DNA from: the human T2T-CHM13v2.0 reference genome, Homo sapiens
Reading direction: 5' to 3' (one strand)
Length of the DNA: 64,000 nucleotides
Assembly (NCBI RefSeq): GCF_009914755.1
Contig: NC_060941.1
Made by a program: the position numbers and the translations under genes. The notes under the pieces were generated by a model. The model saw only the letters and a program-made list of their open reading frames with translations. It searched no databases and had not been told where the DNA came from. Every line of letters starts with the position of its first letter. Positions within the stretch are counted from its first letter, which is position 1. This document shows, piece by piece, positions 1 to 23,118 of this stretch.

Positions 1-469
1 GACAAAGCCAAGGGACAAATCAGAGGGACAGTGGCCACACAGTACCCAGCATCACTCCTTGCTCCGCTTGCTAGGCCAAGCTGTCAAGGCTGGTTCCTGA
101 CACTTCCTTTAACGGGTTCACTGTGCAGAGATGCCCCACTAGTTCACCAGATGTGCTTGAACCCAACTCAGTGCGAGATGGGACCAGTGCTGTAACTCGT
201 TACTTCCACCATCGTCAGTGAAACTTCCAAAGTCAGTGAACCGCAACACAGTAGGAAGACCTAAATGTTCCCTGAGCCGAACTTGAGCTGGTCTCTAGAT
301 GAGTGTGACATCTTCTTAGATGGAAGAAGGAAACTTAAAGTGTTTTAAAACAAATTTTATGTGTAAAAGTCATCAAAATTATAATACAATTAGAATATGA
401 ACATCTTAATAGAGATTTCATGATATTAGAGAATATGTTCATTTTTTGTAGGTGTGAAAATGGTATTGT

Positions 470-778
470 GGTTTTGTTTGGTTTTGTTTGTTTCTTTGAG
501 ACAAGGTCTCACTCTGTTGTCCAGGCTGCACTCCAGCGCGATCATAGCTCACTGAAGCCTCAACCTCCCGAGCGCACGCAATCCTCCCTCCTCAGCCTCC
601 TGAATAGTTAGGACTACAAGTGTGCGCCACCATGCCTGATTAGTTTTGTTCTTGTTTTTTGTAGAGACAGGGTCTTGCTATGTTGCCCATACTGGTCTCA
701 AACTCCTGCCTCAGGTAGTCCTCCCACCTCTGCCTTCCCAAGTGTTGGAATTATAAGCATGAGCCACTGCACCTGGCC
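470..778 (-). mobile_element. AluJ-like SINE
   Basis: T-rich tail followed by diverged antisense Alu dimer. Confidence 0.9.
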
Positions 779-1181
779 TATAATAAAAAGTTTTTATACC
801 AGTTCTTTTAAGGTATCCACTAGATCTCAACTTCTGAAACCAGCCCTAAAACTGGACCTTTGAACTATACTGAGGCTAGCTCTTCTGTCAAAACTACTTG
901 CCTGGCAGGCAAAAAAAAAAACCATGCTATTCCCCCTCTCTACTCAAGAACCTTCCATGGCTCCCCATTGCCTTCACAATACAATATTTTTTGCCTCTCC
1001 TTTAAGACCTGCCACATTCCATCCCAGTGTAGCTTTCCACTGTTCTCTGCCTAGCCCCACTGAGAATGCCAAGCCAACGCAATATCAGACAGCATATGCC
1101 CCTCTGAAAAGGCCTGCATTTTCCCGTCTCTGATTCTGAGCCTTTGATCACCCTGTTCCTACCATCTAGAATTCTTTCCCT

Positions 1182-1489
1182 ATTTTTTTTTTATTTATTT
1201 TTATTTTTAGACAGAGTCTTGCTCTATTGCCCAAGCTGGAGTGCAGTGGGAGTGATCTCGGCTCACTGCAACGTCCGCTTCCTGGGTTCAAGTGATTCTC
1301 CTGCCCAGCCTCCCAAGTAGCTGGGACTACAAGTGTATGCCACCATGCTTGGCTAATTTTTGTATTTTTAGTAGAGACCAGGTTTCGTCATCTTGGCCAG
1401 GCTGATCTCAAACTCCTGGCCTCAAGTGATCCACCCACTTCAGCCTCTCAAAGTGTTGGGATTACAGGCGTGAGCCACTGTGCCCAGCC
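1182..1489 (-). mobile_element. Alu (S/J)
   Basis: Full antisense Alu dimer. Confidence 0.9.
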
Positions 1490-1530
1490 AAACTTTCTTA
1501 AATAATTCTTATATAGAAAAATGAAATAGA

Positions 1531-1822
1531 AGGACTTTCACTTCCAATCAAGGTGAAATAATAGAGACCAGATTTATACTCCTGACTGAAGCAACCAAAA
1601 AACAGACAAAATATATGAAACAAGAGTTTTCAGGGCATTGGACATGGTTAACAAAGGACAGTGATTCCTGAGTAGGGGGAAACAGACCAGGCAAGCCCCC
1701 CAGTTGTCCAGTTACAGCTCGGGTTTTCAGGCCACAACGCAGCAAAGGAAAGGCAGCTGGATCTCACAGGACAGAGTACCAGAGAGGAGAGAACTGTGCA
1801 GAGAGAGCTCCAGAAATGCTCA
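1531..1822 (+). mobile_element. Old L1M (L1MC/MD-type) 5'-end fragment
   Basis: Motifs aaaaacagacaaaatatatgaaacaa, ggacagtgattcctgag and cagagtaccagagaggagag match recalled L1M 5' UTR consensus. Confidence 0.6.
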
Positions 1823-1824
1823 GT

Positions 1825-2450
1825 CTCTTGACTCTGTCCACTTCTCTCCATCCCCACTGTCACTACCTGATCCCAGACCACCATCATCTCTCATGAGGAT
1901 GCCTGCAGCATCCCTTCCATCTAGTCACACTGCACAGATAAACTCATCCCTGAAGGCACTGCTCTACTTCCGGGAGCTCCCCATTGTCATCGGGATAAAG
2001 TACAGACTCCCCACTTCGGCTTTTAAGGCCTTTTATGATCTGGCCCTGCCTGTTTTTTCCAGTTCTCTTTTATCCCTCCCCAACGTCACATTTCACATAG
2101 AGTCAATACTTGCTATTTCTGAGTTCTCCATACTCACTCTTGCCTCTAGGCTTTTGCACATGTAGTTTCCTCTACTTATGTTTCCATCTCTTTCCTCCAC
2201 TCCTTTGTGGTATCTCCTTGCGGCCACTTCCTCTGAGAGGAAGTCTCCCTAACCCCACAAGACTGCACCAGATACCCCTCCTGGGGGCTCCCGTAACTCT
2301 GTGTCCCTCCTTCTAACACTGCCTGAGAAATGTATGTCTATCCATCTTCTGCCATAGGCAGTGAGCTCCCTGAGAGCAAGGACTTGATGATATTCCCTGC
2401 TGGGTTCCCAGCACCTAGCACATAGTAAGCACTCAATAAACACTTATCAA
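1825..2450 (+). mobile_element. L2 3' fragment
   Basis: Ends with cccagcacctagcacatagtaagcactcaataaa, typical of the L2 3' end. Confidence 0.7.
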
Positions 2451-2616
2451 ATTATCGACTGCCTCGATGGTCACATGCTATCTTACAGCAGTCAGCACAT
2501 GATCCGTCTGCCTCCAAAACCCATGTCCTTTTATTCCTCTGGAACACACAGGAGGGGCTGGGGAGAAGGCTATGGACTGACAGTCTTTGGAAGTTTACCT
2601 TCAAGCCTACCCTAAT

Positions 2617-2636
2617 TGTGTGTGTGTGTGTGTGTG
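2617..2636. repeat. (TG)n microsatellite
   Basis: About 10 TG units. Confidence 0.9.
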
Positions 2637-2669
2637 CACATTTAGGCAACCTCTACTTCCATTCCCCTA

Positions 2670-2836
2670 ATGCATGGTTTCCAACCATGGCTGCTCTTTG
2701 GAATCATCCGGGAAGCTTTAAAAAACACTGATGCCTGGGTCTCACCCCCAGAGGTCCTTATTGGATGGTCTGGACTGTGGCCTGGGCCCCCCCACCAGGT
2801 GCTTCTACTCATCCGGCAAGGCTGAGAAACGCTGCC
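2670..2836. mobile_element. MER5-family hAT DNA transposon
   Basis: gaatcatccgggaagctttaaaaaacactgatgcctggg...ccccagag motif. Confidence 0.65.
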
Positions 2837-3522
2837 TTGAGAGTTATGATCCCTTTTCAGCATGGCTCCTATTCACCCTTCAAGACCCAGGACAAATGTC
2901 ACTCCTTGGAGAAGACTTCCCAAGACACTCACGCACATCCCAGAATTAATTCCTCACTTCTCTGTTCTCCTTTAGTGTTTTAGGCGTATCTCTAGAATGG
3001 CAGCTTTTACACTTTAACACCTGGTGCAGTGTCCAGAACATAGAAGGCACTGACAGAGATTTGTTGAATGAACAAACACACGAATGAGCGGATTCCTAAA
3101 TCTGACATTCCGGCTGTGGTCCCAAAGCCCACACAGAGGCTGGACATCAGCATGCAGTAAGTGACAGTCCCGCAGAAGGAGGGAGGGAGACTGATGTTCC
3201 CTCTAAACCAGCTGGAAGGATGCTGCACTCAGAGGAAGAACAGCCAGACACAAGGTAATTGTCGCTCCCCCAGAAATTATGGTAACAAAGTCAAAGAGAT
3301 GCATGATCATTAAACAAAGTTTTCTCCTTGGCATTTTTACCAATTGACTGATGGATCAGTTACAAAAACACTGAATACATAATGAAATGATGGCCTGGAG
3401 AGGGCCTCTGGTGGGGAGGCCTCTTGTAGCCATTTTTAAGAGCAGAAGTGCAGGTTTATTGAATCTGGCGGTTGTGCTAAATTCTGACTCTTAAAACCAA
3501 GGCTGTTAAAAAGGCTGTCCCC

Positions 3523-4026
3523 CACATGCACACGTATGTTTATTGCGGCATTATTCACAATAGCAAAGACTCGGAACCAACCCAAATGTCCAACAATGAT
3601 AGACTGGATTAAGAAAATTTGGCACATATACACCATGGAATACTATGCAGCCATAAAAAAGGATGAGTTCATGTCCTTTGTAGCGACATGGATGAAATTG
3701 GAAATCATCATTCTCAGTAAACTATCGCAAGAACAAAAACCAAACACCGCATATTCTCACTCATAGGTGGGAATTGAACAATGAGATCACATGGACACAG
3801 GAAGGGGAATATCACACTCTGGGGACTGTGGTGGGGTGGGGGGAGGGGGGAGGGATAGCATCGGGAGATATACCTAATGCTAGATGACGAGTTAGTGGGT
3901 GCAGCGCACCAGCATGGCACATGTATACATATGTAACTAACCTGCACAATGTGCACATGTACCCTAAAACTTAAAGTATAATAATAAAAAAAAAATAGTT
4001 ACAGCTTAAAAAAAAAAAAAAAAAAA
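3523..4026 (+). mobile_element. 5'-truncated young L1 (L1PA2-like), ORF2 end + 3' UTR + poly(A)
   Basis: ORF2 C-terminal peptide MFIAALFTIAKT...; 3' UTR has GAG rather than ACA and ttaaagtat, so not L1HS-Ta; perfect 15-bp TSD AAAAAGGCTGTCCCC at 3508-3522 and 4027-4041. Confidence 0.92.
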
Positions 4027-4169
4027 AAAAAGGCTGTCCCCGCCTGTCATCAGAGGTTTACAAACGCTTCAACTGCGGCTGCTTCTGCACCATCCAACTT
4101 ACCTTCCACATGCACCCATGCTCCGAGGACCTCACCCTGGCCACCTGTCAGAGACACCCAGGAAGCTTT

Positions 4170-4550
4170 TCAAAGAGAATAAGGCTGGGCCTCTCCACTC
4201 TGCCCTCCCACCCCCGCCAGGTAGGTTCTAATTTAATTGGTCTAGGTGGAGCCTTGGGTATTGGGAGTTTAAAAGCACTCCCAGGTGGCTCTAATGTACA
4301 GCTAGCTGTGAGGAACACTGATCCACAGCACATGACTTGAGGGGTGCTGGGGATCCACCTGGGCTACAATGCCCACCAGCCTGCCAGAAGGGCGAAAGTC
4401 CTAGGCGCTTGCAGTAGTCCTCAGCCCTGAGCACATACCAGAATTATCTGGGGAGCTTGCGAGGAAAACAGATACTGGGACCCCACCTCAGGCCATTTTA
4501 CAGCTCCTCAGGACCCTAATGAGCAGCCAGGCTTGAAACCCACTGGGCTG
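4170..4550. mobile_element. Two adjacent MER5-family fragments
   Basis: ttctaatttaattggtctagg...ctcccaggtggctctaatgtacagc and agaattatctggggagcttg motifs. Confidence 0.55.
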
Positions 4551-4647
4551 AAGCAATGCGCCCCCCAACCAGTGTGATGGAGAGCCCATTAAACACAACG
4601 CCTCCTGCTCTGAAGACTCGGCAATAGGTTTGAGTGGATTTCAGGAC

Positions 4648-4803
4648 CTTTATTTTTTTTTAGTGATGGGGTCTTGCTATGTTACCCAGGCTGGCGTGCA
4701 GTGGCATAATCACAGTTCACCGCAGCCTTGAACTCCTAGGTTCAAACGATCCTCTCACTTCAGCCTCCTGAGTAGCTGGGATTACAGGTGCATGCCACCA
4801 TGT
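4648..4803 (-). mobile_element. Alu monomer (FAM/FRAM-like)
   Basis: Single antisense arm with T tail. Confidence 0.8.
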
Positions 4804-4835
4804 TCTGCTCATTTCAAGGACTGGGTTTTTGTGGG

Positions 4836-5144
4836 GTTTTTTTTTTTTTTTTGGCTTTTTTGAGACAGGGTCTCACTCTGTCACTCAGGCTGGAGTGCAG
4901 TAGCACAGTTGTGGCTCACTGTAGCCTTGACTGCCCGAGATCAGGCGATCCTCCCACCTCAGCCTCCCAAGTGGCTGAGACCACAGGGGCACACCACCGT
5001 GCCTGGCTATTTTTAGTATTATTATTTGTAGAGATGGGGTCTCCCTATGTTGTCCAAGCTGGTCTTGAATGCCTAGGCTCAAATGATCCTCCCACCTCAG
5101 CTTCCCAATGTGCTAGGATGACAGGCATGAACCACCGTGCCTGG
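4836..5144 (-). mobile_element. AluJ
   Basis: Diverged antisense dimer. Confidence 0.9.
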
Positions 5145-5153
5145 CAAGAGTAT

Positions 5154-5492
<339 letters not shown>

Positions 5493-5553
5493 TCATGCTT
5501 ACCTTCCTGCTAGCAGCAGTCACCCAAACTTGCCCGATCATAAGGACTTTCTA

Positions 5554-6076
<523 letters not shown>

Positions 6077-6109
6077 TTATGATTATTCTCCACCCTTAAA
6101 GAATTAAAG

Positions 6110-7000
6110 AGTTCATTCCGTCAGTCACTTAGTTGGTCAACAAACATTTTCTGCACATCTATTCCACAGCAAGGATCGCTAATACCTGGGATACAGGTTG
6201 GTGAGACACAAGTCTGCATTTTCCAACTACATGGGCTGGTCCACCTCACCATGCAGACAATCTCCAGTTCCTCCCCAAGAATCCCTGGGCCCACAAATCT
6301 GCTCATCTTTCAAGACCTTGCTCTGACCTGACTGTGCTAAAAGGCAGCACCAACCTCTGCCCTTTGTTCCTCATTGTCCCTGGACATGCAGCTGCTGGCC
6401 CATTTATAATAATGCTGGCAAGTACTTGTTCTTCTAGTGGGAGCTGTCCCCGAAGTCTGGGACTGTGGTTCGTTTATCTTTGCAACCCTGGTCGCTTGCA
6501 CCTGGTAGGCCCTCAATGGAGGCTTACGGTTTATCAGGACAGAAAGACACGTAAACAGATACACACAGTGAAAAGTGCCATAATAGAGGTCAGTGTTGAC
6601 AATGAACATGCAGGCATTGGGGTCAGACACTGTGCTTGACCCTACAGGGCCCTATAGGGCTGAGACAAGGATCAAGCATGATCCCGTCCCGGGTTACATC
6701 CTCCAGTCTAGGAGGAGAGGTGGAGAGCAACAACCACAATACAAGGCCAAAGAGGGGAAGGGAGTGGATGCCAGGGAAGCAAAAACAAGGCATCCCCTAA
6801 AGGGCACATAACTCTGGTTATTAATCAGGGGCTGCTTCAAGGAGAAGTAATGTCTGAACTTGGACTTAAAGGGGGGATGTGTATGTTTGAATGAGCAGAC
6901 ATGGGATAGAAAGACATCCCAGGAGAAGGCAATGGTGTGAGCAAAGGTAGGAGACAGAAGGGCAAAAAGCATGTCTGGGAGGGTCCAAAGCTAGGAGATG
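6110..7000 (-). mobile_element. Scattered L2 fragments
   Basis: caacaaacattttctgcac and gacatcccaggagaaggcaatggtgtgagcaaagg motifs. Confidence 0.5.
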
Positions 7001-7151
7001 GCGTGGCCCAGAGCCCAGGAGCAGAGTGAGTCTGGAGAGTCCCAGGCAGGAGTGTAAAAGGACCCTGGTCTTCCTTTGTCTTCATGGCTCCCCCAAGTGA
7101 CCACCAGAAGACTGTTGGCCCCCTTTGACTGTTATTTCCACATTTTCTGGA

Positions 7152-7775
<624 letters not shown>

Positions 7776-8399
7776 CGATTTATATTTCTTAATTCAATTT
7801 CCTTGATTCACACATTCCCAGTATTTACAACATTTCCCCTGGGCCTCAGGAATTCATCACATGAAAGTTGAGTTATCTGTGCTGAACAGCAGCTTGACAT
7901 AGCTACATACACAAGGTCAAGAGGTGGCTAACTAGAGTCTCATTGGGGACGCTGGATCCTGCATTTGTTTCTTTACGGGATTAGTTCAAAATAGATCACA
8001 GGTTCCTTCAAGTAAGGGGGCTGCCACTTTTTCCTGGCCTTCTCTCCCAGTCCCACGGGCTGAGGTCAATGTCTCGTATCCTGAACAAGAGCTCTATGAG
8101 CCCCAGGTGACCTGAGTCCAGCTCCCTGGGGTCCTGGATGGAGTCTAGTGGAGACAGACTAGGGGGGCAGGGCATGAACCTATTGGACAGTCCTGGGCCC
8201 AGGAGAACCTGGGAGAAGGAGCCAGAAGTCTGTTCTTGGAATCCCCAGCCAAGGGAGAGGGAGGCAGGAACAATAACCAGGCCATAGGGCAGTGGTCAGA
8301 GGTCTGGGAGTAGCTAATGATCACAGCCACGAAAAGAACAAAAATGTAAACAGGCAAGAGCAGGGTTCAGGGGTCGTCATCAAGTAAAGATAAGATACA

Positions 8400-8770
<371 letters not shown>

Positions 8771-8903
8771 CTAGAGACTTGGATTCCCCTCAAAGGCAAG
8801 GACCAGGTCTCAAACTTTAAGTCCTAAGCATGTGGTGACTGCCTGTGACCCTCCGGAGAGCTGGCTGGCAACTGGCTGGCCAGGCTTATGCCCTCTTTAT
8901 AGC

Positions 8904-9203
8904 AGCACTGTCCAGAAGAAATATAGTACAAGCCACTCCATAAGTGTAAATGTTCTAGTAGCCACAGTAAAAAAAGTAAAAAGAATCAGGTGAAACGGAT
9001 TTTAAAGATATATTTATTTAACTCAGTGTATCCAAAATATTATTTCAGTGTGTAATCACTATAAAAACTAATAAGATTTTTGCTTTTTTTAACCTAAGTC
9101 TTTATGTATTTTGCACTCACAGTGTATTGCAATTCAGACAAGCCACAAGTCAAGTGCACAGTAGCTGCGTATGGCTGATATTCCTGTGCTGGATGGCACA
9201 GCT
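8904..9203. mobile_element. MER33 hAT-Charlie DNA transposon
   Basis: cagcactgtcca...ctagtagccac...tatccaaaatattat...tggatggcacagc. Confidence 0.75.
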
Positions 9204-9467
9204 TCAGAATGTCTGATTTGGGATCTGTCTTGCAGATGCGAGAGATGAATATCCTTCTCATCCATGGCCAAAGTGGACGCAATTTCTATGGCTGGCAAGA
9301 ATAGTGTCCCCTTCTGTCCTCATCACCACTTCATGTCCCTCCTGAAGCCACACACCTGATGGAGATATCCTCCCAGATAAAGAATGGGTGCAAATGTAGT
9401 GTGCTCCCTTCTAGATTCTCTAAACCAGTCCAGTCCACAAGGCCCATTTGCAGGCACATGCATATTA

Positions 9468-10217
<750 letters not shown>

Positions 10218-10253
10218 GAAGAAAAGCATGGGACACTCTGAGATTAAACACTA

Positions 10254-10643
<390 letters not shown>

Positions 10644-12689
10644 TCAAGCAGGCCTCTCTTTTACAAGTGTTGAATTAACCCCTGGGAGAAGATAGCCTTT
10701 TATTTTAGGAAAAATCCACTCTGTGTGACTCTTTCTTGTGAAGATGTAAAGCAAATGTTCCTGTAGCTATGGAGATAGTGGAGACAGCTGGGCTCCTGGG
10801 AACCAAATGAGTCCACAAGGTGCCAGGGAAGGTTATCTGTGTAAGTAGAAAATGCTTCTTGGAGTAGGCATGGCTTTGGACTGTCCTGTGCTAGAAAACA
10901 ATTTCTTCCACTTAGGAAAATGTATAGTCTTACGTAGGTAACACCCACAGGAGATGAGAATCTGAGGCAGGCCTAGTTTTTACCAAGAGCTGGAGAAGAG
11001 CCTATAGAAAGAACCTGAGCCACACTTCAGTGCAGTGCTGCCCAGACCGCACCATTAACGTCCCCAAGATGCTATTCAAGATGAGGCCGCTGAGACTGAG
11101 GCTGGATCACTGAGTCTTGAGGTATAATCATGTTGTGCTTTGAGTGCAAAAACACACCAAGGAGGGTGTGTTCCCATACGGGGAGTAGACATTCCCACTC
11201 TCGATCATCCTGGGAAGAAGTCGTCCCAGAATATACAAGACTGGGGCTGCAAGTTTTCACCTAAAAGGGAAAGAAACTCATCTCCTCCATTTATCTGCAG
11301 AAGTGGGAGAGAGACCAACTGGGCAGAGGTCAGCTGGGCTCTATGACATGCCCACTGACATATTCTGTTTAGGATGGCAGGGGTGGCAAGTGACAACCAG
11401 GACGGAACAGCTGAACACATAAGCATCCTCTAGAGAATCCCAGAAATACTCAGAGAGGAGAGGAGAAACAAGATGAGGCTTAAAGGGCAATATGAATATT
11501 AAATAAGCTTTTTCAGTAGCTACTAGCTGAGGCTTGGATCTGTTTGCCCACTTCCACTAGGCTATGAGTTCTGAAGGCCAAACCTGTTACTCATATTTGT
11601 GTCTCCAGAATGATCCTAGCAGAAAAAAGGGGCTCAATAATCATGTGATGCATGAACCTGGAAACCAAGCCCACTCCTGCAGAGGGAAAGCTGAGGCACA
11701 AGGGTATTCGGGACCTCACGGATCAGAAAGGAACTCTGGGGAATCTTGAATGATGTTTTTTCTCGGTACCTCCCAACAGAAAGAGAAAAACCTGCCTCCC
11801 ATCCTCCAATGTGCCTCTCAACAGAGAAACAATATTGAAAAGCCAGCAGAAAGCTTTAACAGAAAAGAAAAGCGAGTGGCTCATGGTAAGCCTTGTGTCC
11901 ACGCAAACATTCTGTGGATGAAGAAGAAAATAACCAGGAGCCAACATCCACACAGGCCAGGCACCAGGGCTCCCTTCTCCTGGCACCAGTTTCTGAAAAT
12001 GACTTCTCTCCCAAGGACCCCAAAAATAAGGGGGAGCTAATTGCATCCCAGAGCCCTCCCCATCTGGACTGAAGTCAAGGAGAGACAAGGAAAGAGCTGG
12101 GGCTTGACAAGTTCATTAGAAGAGGGCTCAAGAGCAATGTGGCTCTGCCAACAGCATCCAACAGCAGGAGGATCTAAACAAACCTGGTTTCTCTGTTCTC
12201 AGCAGTCCTTCTGATGAAAAGGACTGGCATGGTTTTACTGCCTAGCTGGTTAAGCAAAAAAAGAAATGTATTTAAGAGCAGACTGGAGATGAAACATTCA
12301 GAGAGTAACACCCATGGTTTGATAAGGAAACTGTCACTGAAGGCAAGTCCTAAGTGCCAGAAACCTGGTCCTGCTGCAATCACTACTGTAGCCAGCACTG
12401 ATTTCATGTCAGCACCAGGAACATGAACTTGCTACCACCGGCAGTCACCACCAAAAGCTGGGCACCCTTGTTGCCATCCACACCAGCAAACATGGCTGCT
12501 CCAGCCACAGCCTGTTTCTCCCTGGGGCTCCCACTTGAACCAGTGTCAGTATGGACGCATCTGATTGGTGGAGCCTGGCCCAGGTCTATGTCCCAGACCC
12601 AGGGCAGGCTGGGAACTTGAGTTCTGACTTCCTCATAAGACATAAGAGGAACTTCCCTGGAAACAGAAAGACAATTCAAAAGGGCATTT

Positions 12690-13565
<876 letters not shown>

Positions 13566-14561
13566 TTTTGAAGTTAACTACAAACAAACAAAAAAAGACA
13601 TTGGACAGCTGTGTGACAAACAGCCATGGCTGATATCAATCACTGTTGGTGAATAAGTAAATAAAGGCATTAGGCAGAGACATAGGATCCTCAGACCCAC
13701 AGTAGTAATGACCAGTCACTGTTTAACCTTTCTCAGTTTACTGAGCATTTTCAGCGTACTTTGTACTTCCTGCTATCATAGCTCACACCACACAGGAGGA
13801 CTGTTGTTTACGTAATCACAGCTCATTTGTGTGAGTATTTAGTGTGCCTGGTGCTTCCACCCATTATGTGTTACTCCTCACTGCAACCTGGAGGTAGGTG
13901 TTGGGTGCCGGTATTGCTCAGAAGCAGCAATTCATTTGTTATACTTGGGGAGGGGAGGCTCTCGGAATAAGTCAACAGAAATAGAGTGTGAAGTTAGCAA
14001 ATTCAAGGTAAAGATCCAGAAGAAACTATAGAAAACTAAAGAAACAGAGAAAATAAGAGAGAAAGTTCAACATATTTATTTTTTGTGACCACAAAGTGAG
14101 AAGCCTAGAATAGCCTGAAACACAGAGAAATTTAACCAAATAGGCATAGGACTAAAATGCTAAAACTAAAAACTAAAATGGCATAATGCCCTACATCTGG
14201 TAGCCCTGGCAACAGGCCTCCCACCTTAGAGTATGATGTTATAATGAGAAAAAAACACGTGCAAATAAAGTAAATAGTCATTCCACGGCTGTGGAGAGAA
14301 TTGGATTTGATGAATGTCAAGTCTTCGCACATTTCCAGGCCCCCACTAAAGGAGAATCAATCAGCAACAGTTCTATTCCCATTTTCAGATGGAAAATCTC
14401 AGCCTCATATGAGTGAAGGAACATTGCCATTTGCTATCAAAGACAGATCTTGATCCTATTTTTTTCAACCCCAAATTCCAAGCCTTTGGCTCATCTGAAG
14501 GTTTGGGTGGGAGTGTGAGGAGGACTAAATACAGTGGACCTGTATTTTAAAAATCAATATA

Positions 14562-14862
<301 letters not shown>

Positions 14863-15026
14863 TTAATTAAAAAATCAATATTATTTTACTGAGAACAAGA
14901 CTGTGTGCCTCTACTCCATGGAAGTAACTATGGCAGGCACTGCAGATTGGAACAAGATGAGCGGGAACCCCCTGTCCTCAGGGCAGTGGTGTCGCCAATG
15001 AAATGGGCCTGATGCCATGTTTATAG

Positions 15027-15405
<379 letters not shown>

Positions 15406-15785
15406 GGGCTGCACCTTGTTAGCTCCTGGTCTGACTTAAGTGGTCAGGCATGCAGCCAGGGCATTAGTGAATGGGCAGCCAAGTGAAGCAGCCCCAACCT
15501 AAGCTGAGATAAGCTCTTGGGCCAACTGGGGCATGGAAGGGAGGAGGGAGTGTGGGGACTTTTGTATCAGGGAAGTAAATGGGCCTTCCAGGAGAATGGC
15601 CAGGGCTGTGGTCTCTGTGGCTGTAGATACAAGCCCCAGGGAACTGACAGAAGGAGGAGCGGGGAGCCCTGCCTCTCAGCAGGCACCTGCAGAAGTCACA
15701 GCCACAACCTCAAACATCAGGCTGCTCTCAGGGTGAAAATGCTTCCCGCAGCCTAAGATAGGTCCTTTATTGTCAGAACCAGGAA

Positions 15786-16118
15786 GCCAGGTGTGGTAGC
15801 TCACACCTGTAATCCCAACACTTTGGGAGGCCAAGGTGGAAAGGGGTGGTTGCGGGGGAAGTGGGTAGCACTTGAGGCCAGGAGTTCAAGACCAGCCTGG
15901 GCAATATAGTGAGACCTCATGTCTACAAAAAATAAGCAAAATTAGCCAGGTGTGGTGATGTGTGCCTGTAGTCTCAGCTACTCAGGATGCTGAGGTGGGA
16001 GGATCACTTGAGCCCAGGAAGCGGCAACTGTAGTGAGCTATAATCGCGCCACCACACTCCAGCCTAGGCGGCAGAGTGAGACCTTGTATCAAAAAGAAAT
16101 CAAAAACAAAACAAAAAA
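15786..16118 (+). mobile_element. AluJ with short G-rich insertion in left arm
   Basis: Extra aaggggtggttgcgggggaagt after ccaaggtgg. Confidence 0.85.
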
Positions 16119-16243
16119 TAACTAGGGCTACATGGAAAGGAAAAGACTCCAGTGAATACACACTTGACTACAACCAGAGTGGCCTTCCTGACCATGGGAG
16201 GTGAGATGCACAACTACCACTGCTACCTAGAAACAGTCTATTG

Positions 16244-17665
<1,422 letters not shown>

Positions 17666-17983
17666 TATTTTATAAGCAACTCTTAAAAGCTCCTGCAGTG
17701 TGTGAGTTACAGCAGAGACAACTAGTTTCATCTATTTATTTTATGTGTTTAGCACTTAATTCACATGAGCATACATTGCAAGACACTCAGCTGTAACACA
17801 TTTTTACTATGCTATGTTCTTACACATTAACCAGATTTCATTGATTACTCACAACCAACATTTGTGAGAGCAGCTGTCTTGTTTCCAAGAATTCCTCTCT
17901 TTCTCAACATTTTCTGTCCATCTTTGCTATTGTGAGGTTTGGTTTCCACATTGAAATCTCTTTTATCTCCAATCTTTCACTAG

Positions 17984-18351
<368 letters not shown>

Positions 18352-18584
18352 CATTTTTGTACTTCTTAAAATATTTTACACAAGTAAATAAATACAAAGA
18401 AAAGATTATTCGATTAGGTGAAATAGACAACACAATTCTTGTCAATATTTTAATGCTCTGTAATAAGTTCAAAATGGATGGCATGTTGAACATTATTTGA
18501 TGTGGAAACTCTAAGCTTAACTTTTCAAAGATTAAATCAAAGCTCAGAAACATGCACAGATTTTCTCATCAATAGTCACTGCCT

Positions 18585-19810
<1,226 letters not shown>

Positions 19811-19930
19811 CTTCCATGGCTCCCATGCTGCCTCCTCCCATCTGCCAATGTAAGCCTTTGTAAGTGAAAAGGCACAGCCTCCTAAGGTTACTAAATGCTT
19901 GTCTATTCTTGGCCTGGAGTGATCAAGTGA

Positions 19931-20264
<334 letters not shown>

Positions 20265-20814
20265 AACAGTGAAACATTTTACATAGAGATATAGTTGATG
20301 AACAGTGGTGGAAACATGGGTAACTTGTTTCTTTCTGCTTTACTTTATATCCCAGATTTTTAAAAATGACCTTTTTCTTTTTGAAGAGAAAAATATATAA
20401 AAAATATTTTTAAATCAGTCACCATAATAACACTTTTTAATCTAAAATTATATTCCCCAACTTAGTAGCTCAACAAATTGCTTCCTAGAGAAAGAACATG
20501 GTCAAGGACCAAGCAGAGGCTTTGCGTTCAGACAGACCAGAGTTTGAACCCCAGCCCTATTACTGCAACCCTGCACACTGGGCAAGCCCTTACCCTCTCT
20601 CAGCCTCAATTCCTTCCTCTGGAAGGGAACTTATGTGTCTTCCTTCTTCACACTCCTTTATTAGAAGATGCAGTGTGGGTAAGCCCTCTCATTCCATTTT
20701 GTGCTGGGAGTTTCTAAAAATCAAATCTACATTCAGAAGACAGACAGTGGCCATAGCTGAAGAAATTCAAAATAATGACCTGGGAAAGTCCCCAAAATGA
20801 GTTCTAAAAAGCTC

Positions 20815-21965
<1,151 letters not shown>

Positions 21966-22004
21966 TTTTTAAATAATTTTTTAAAGCCTCCTTGCAATGC
22001 AGCA

Positions 22005-22333
22005 TTATTATTAATATTATTATTATTGAGACAGTGTCTTTCTCTGTCACCCAGGCTGCAGTGCAGTGGCACAATCTCAACCCACTGCAGCCTCCACCTC
22101 CCCAGGCTCAAGTGAGCCTCCCACCTCAGCCTCCTGAGTAGCTGGGACTGCAGGCGCAAGCCACCACGTCTGGCTAATTTTTGTTGCTTTTTGGTTTTGG
22201 GAGGGGTGGGTTTTGGTAGAAGAACGGTTTCTCCATGTTGCCCAGGTTGGTCTCAAATTCCTGAGCTCAAGTGATCCTCCTGCCTTGGCCTCCTAAAGTG
22301 CTGGGATTACAGGCATAAACCACTGCACCTGGT
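22005..22333 (-). mobile_element. AluJ
   Basis: (TTA)n tail, antisense dimer. Confidence 0.88.
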
Positions 22334-22464
22334 CACAACACAATATTATTATTTGAAACACATGCAGGAAATAAAGCTGAGCTACAAAAGATGTTTCTCA
22401 TATAGAGAAGCAACTTGTGAAATTCATTGCATTTTTTATAAATTCAATTATAAAAATAAGAAAG

Positions 22465-23118
<654 letters not shown>

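Noticed and set aside
3536-3766. ORF resembling L1 ORF2p C-terminus
   Set aside because: Truncated, frameshifted remnant of the L1 insertion
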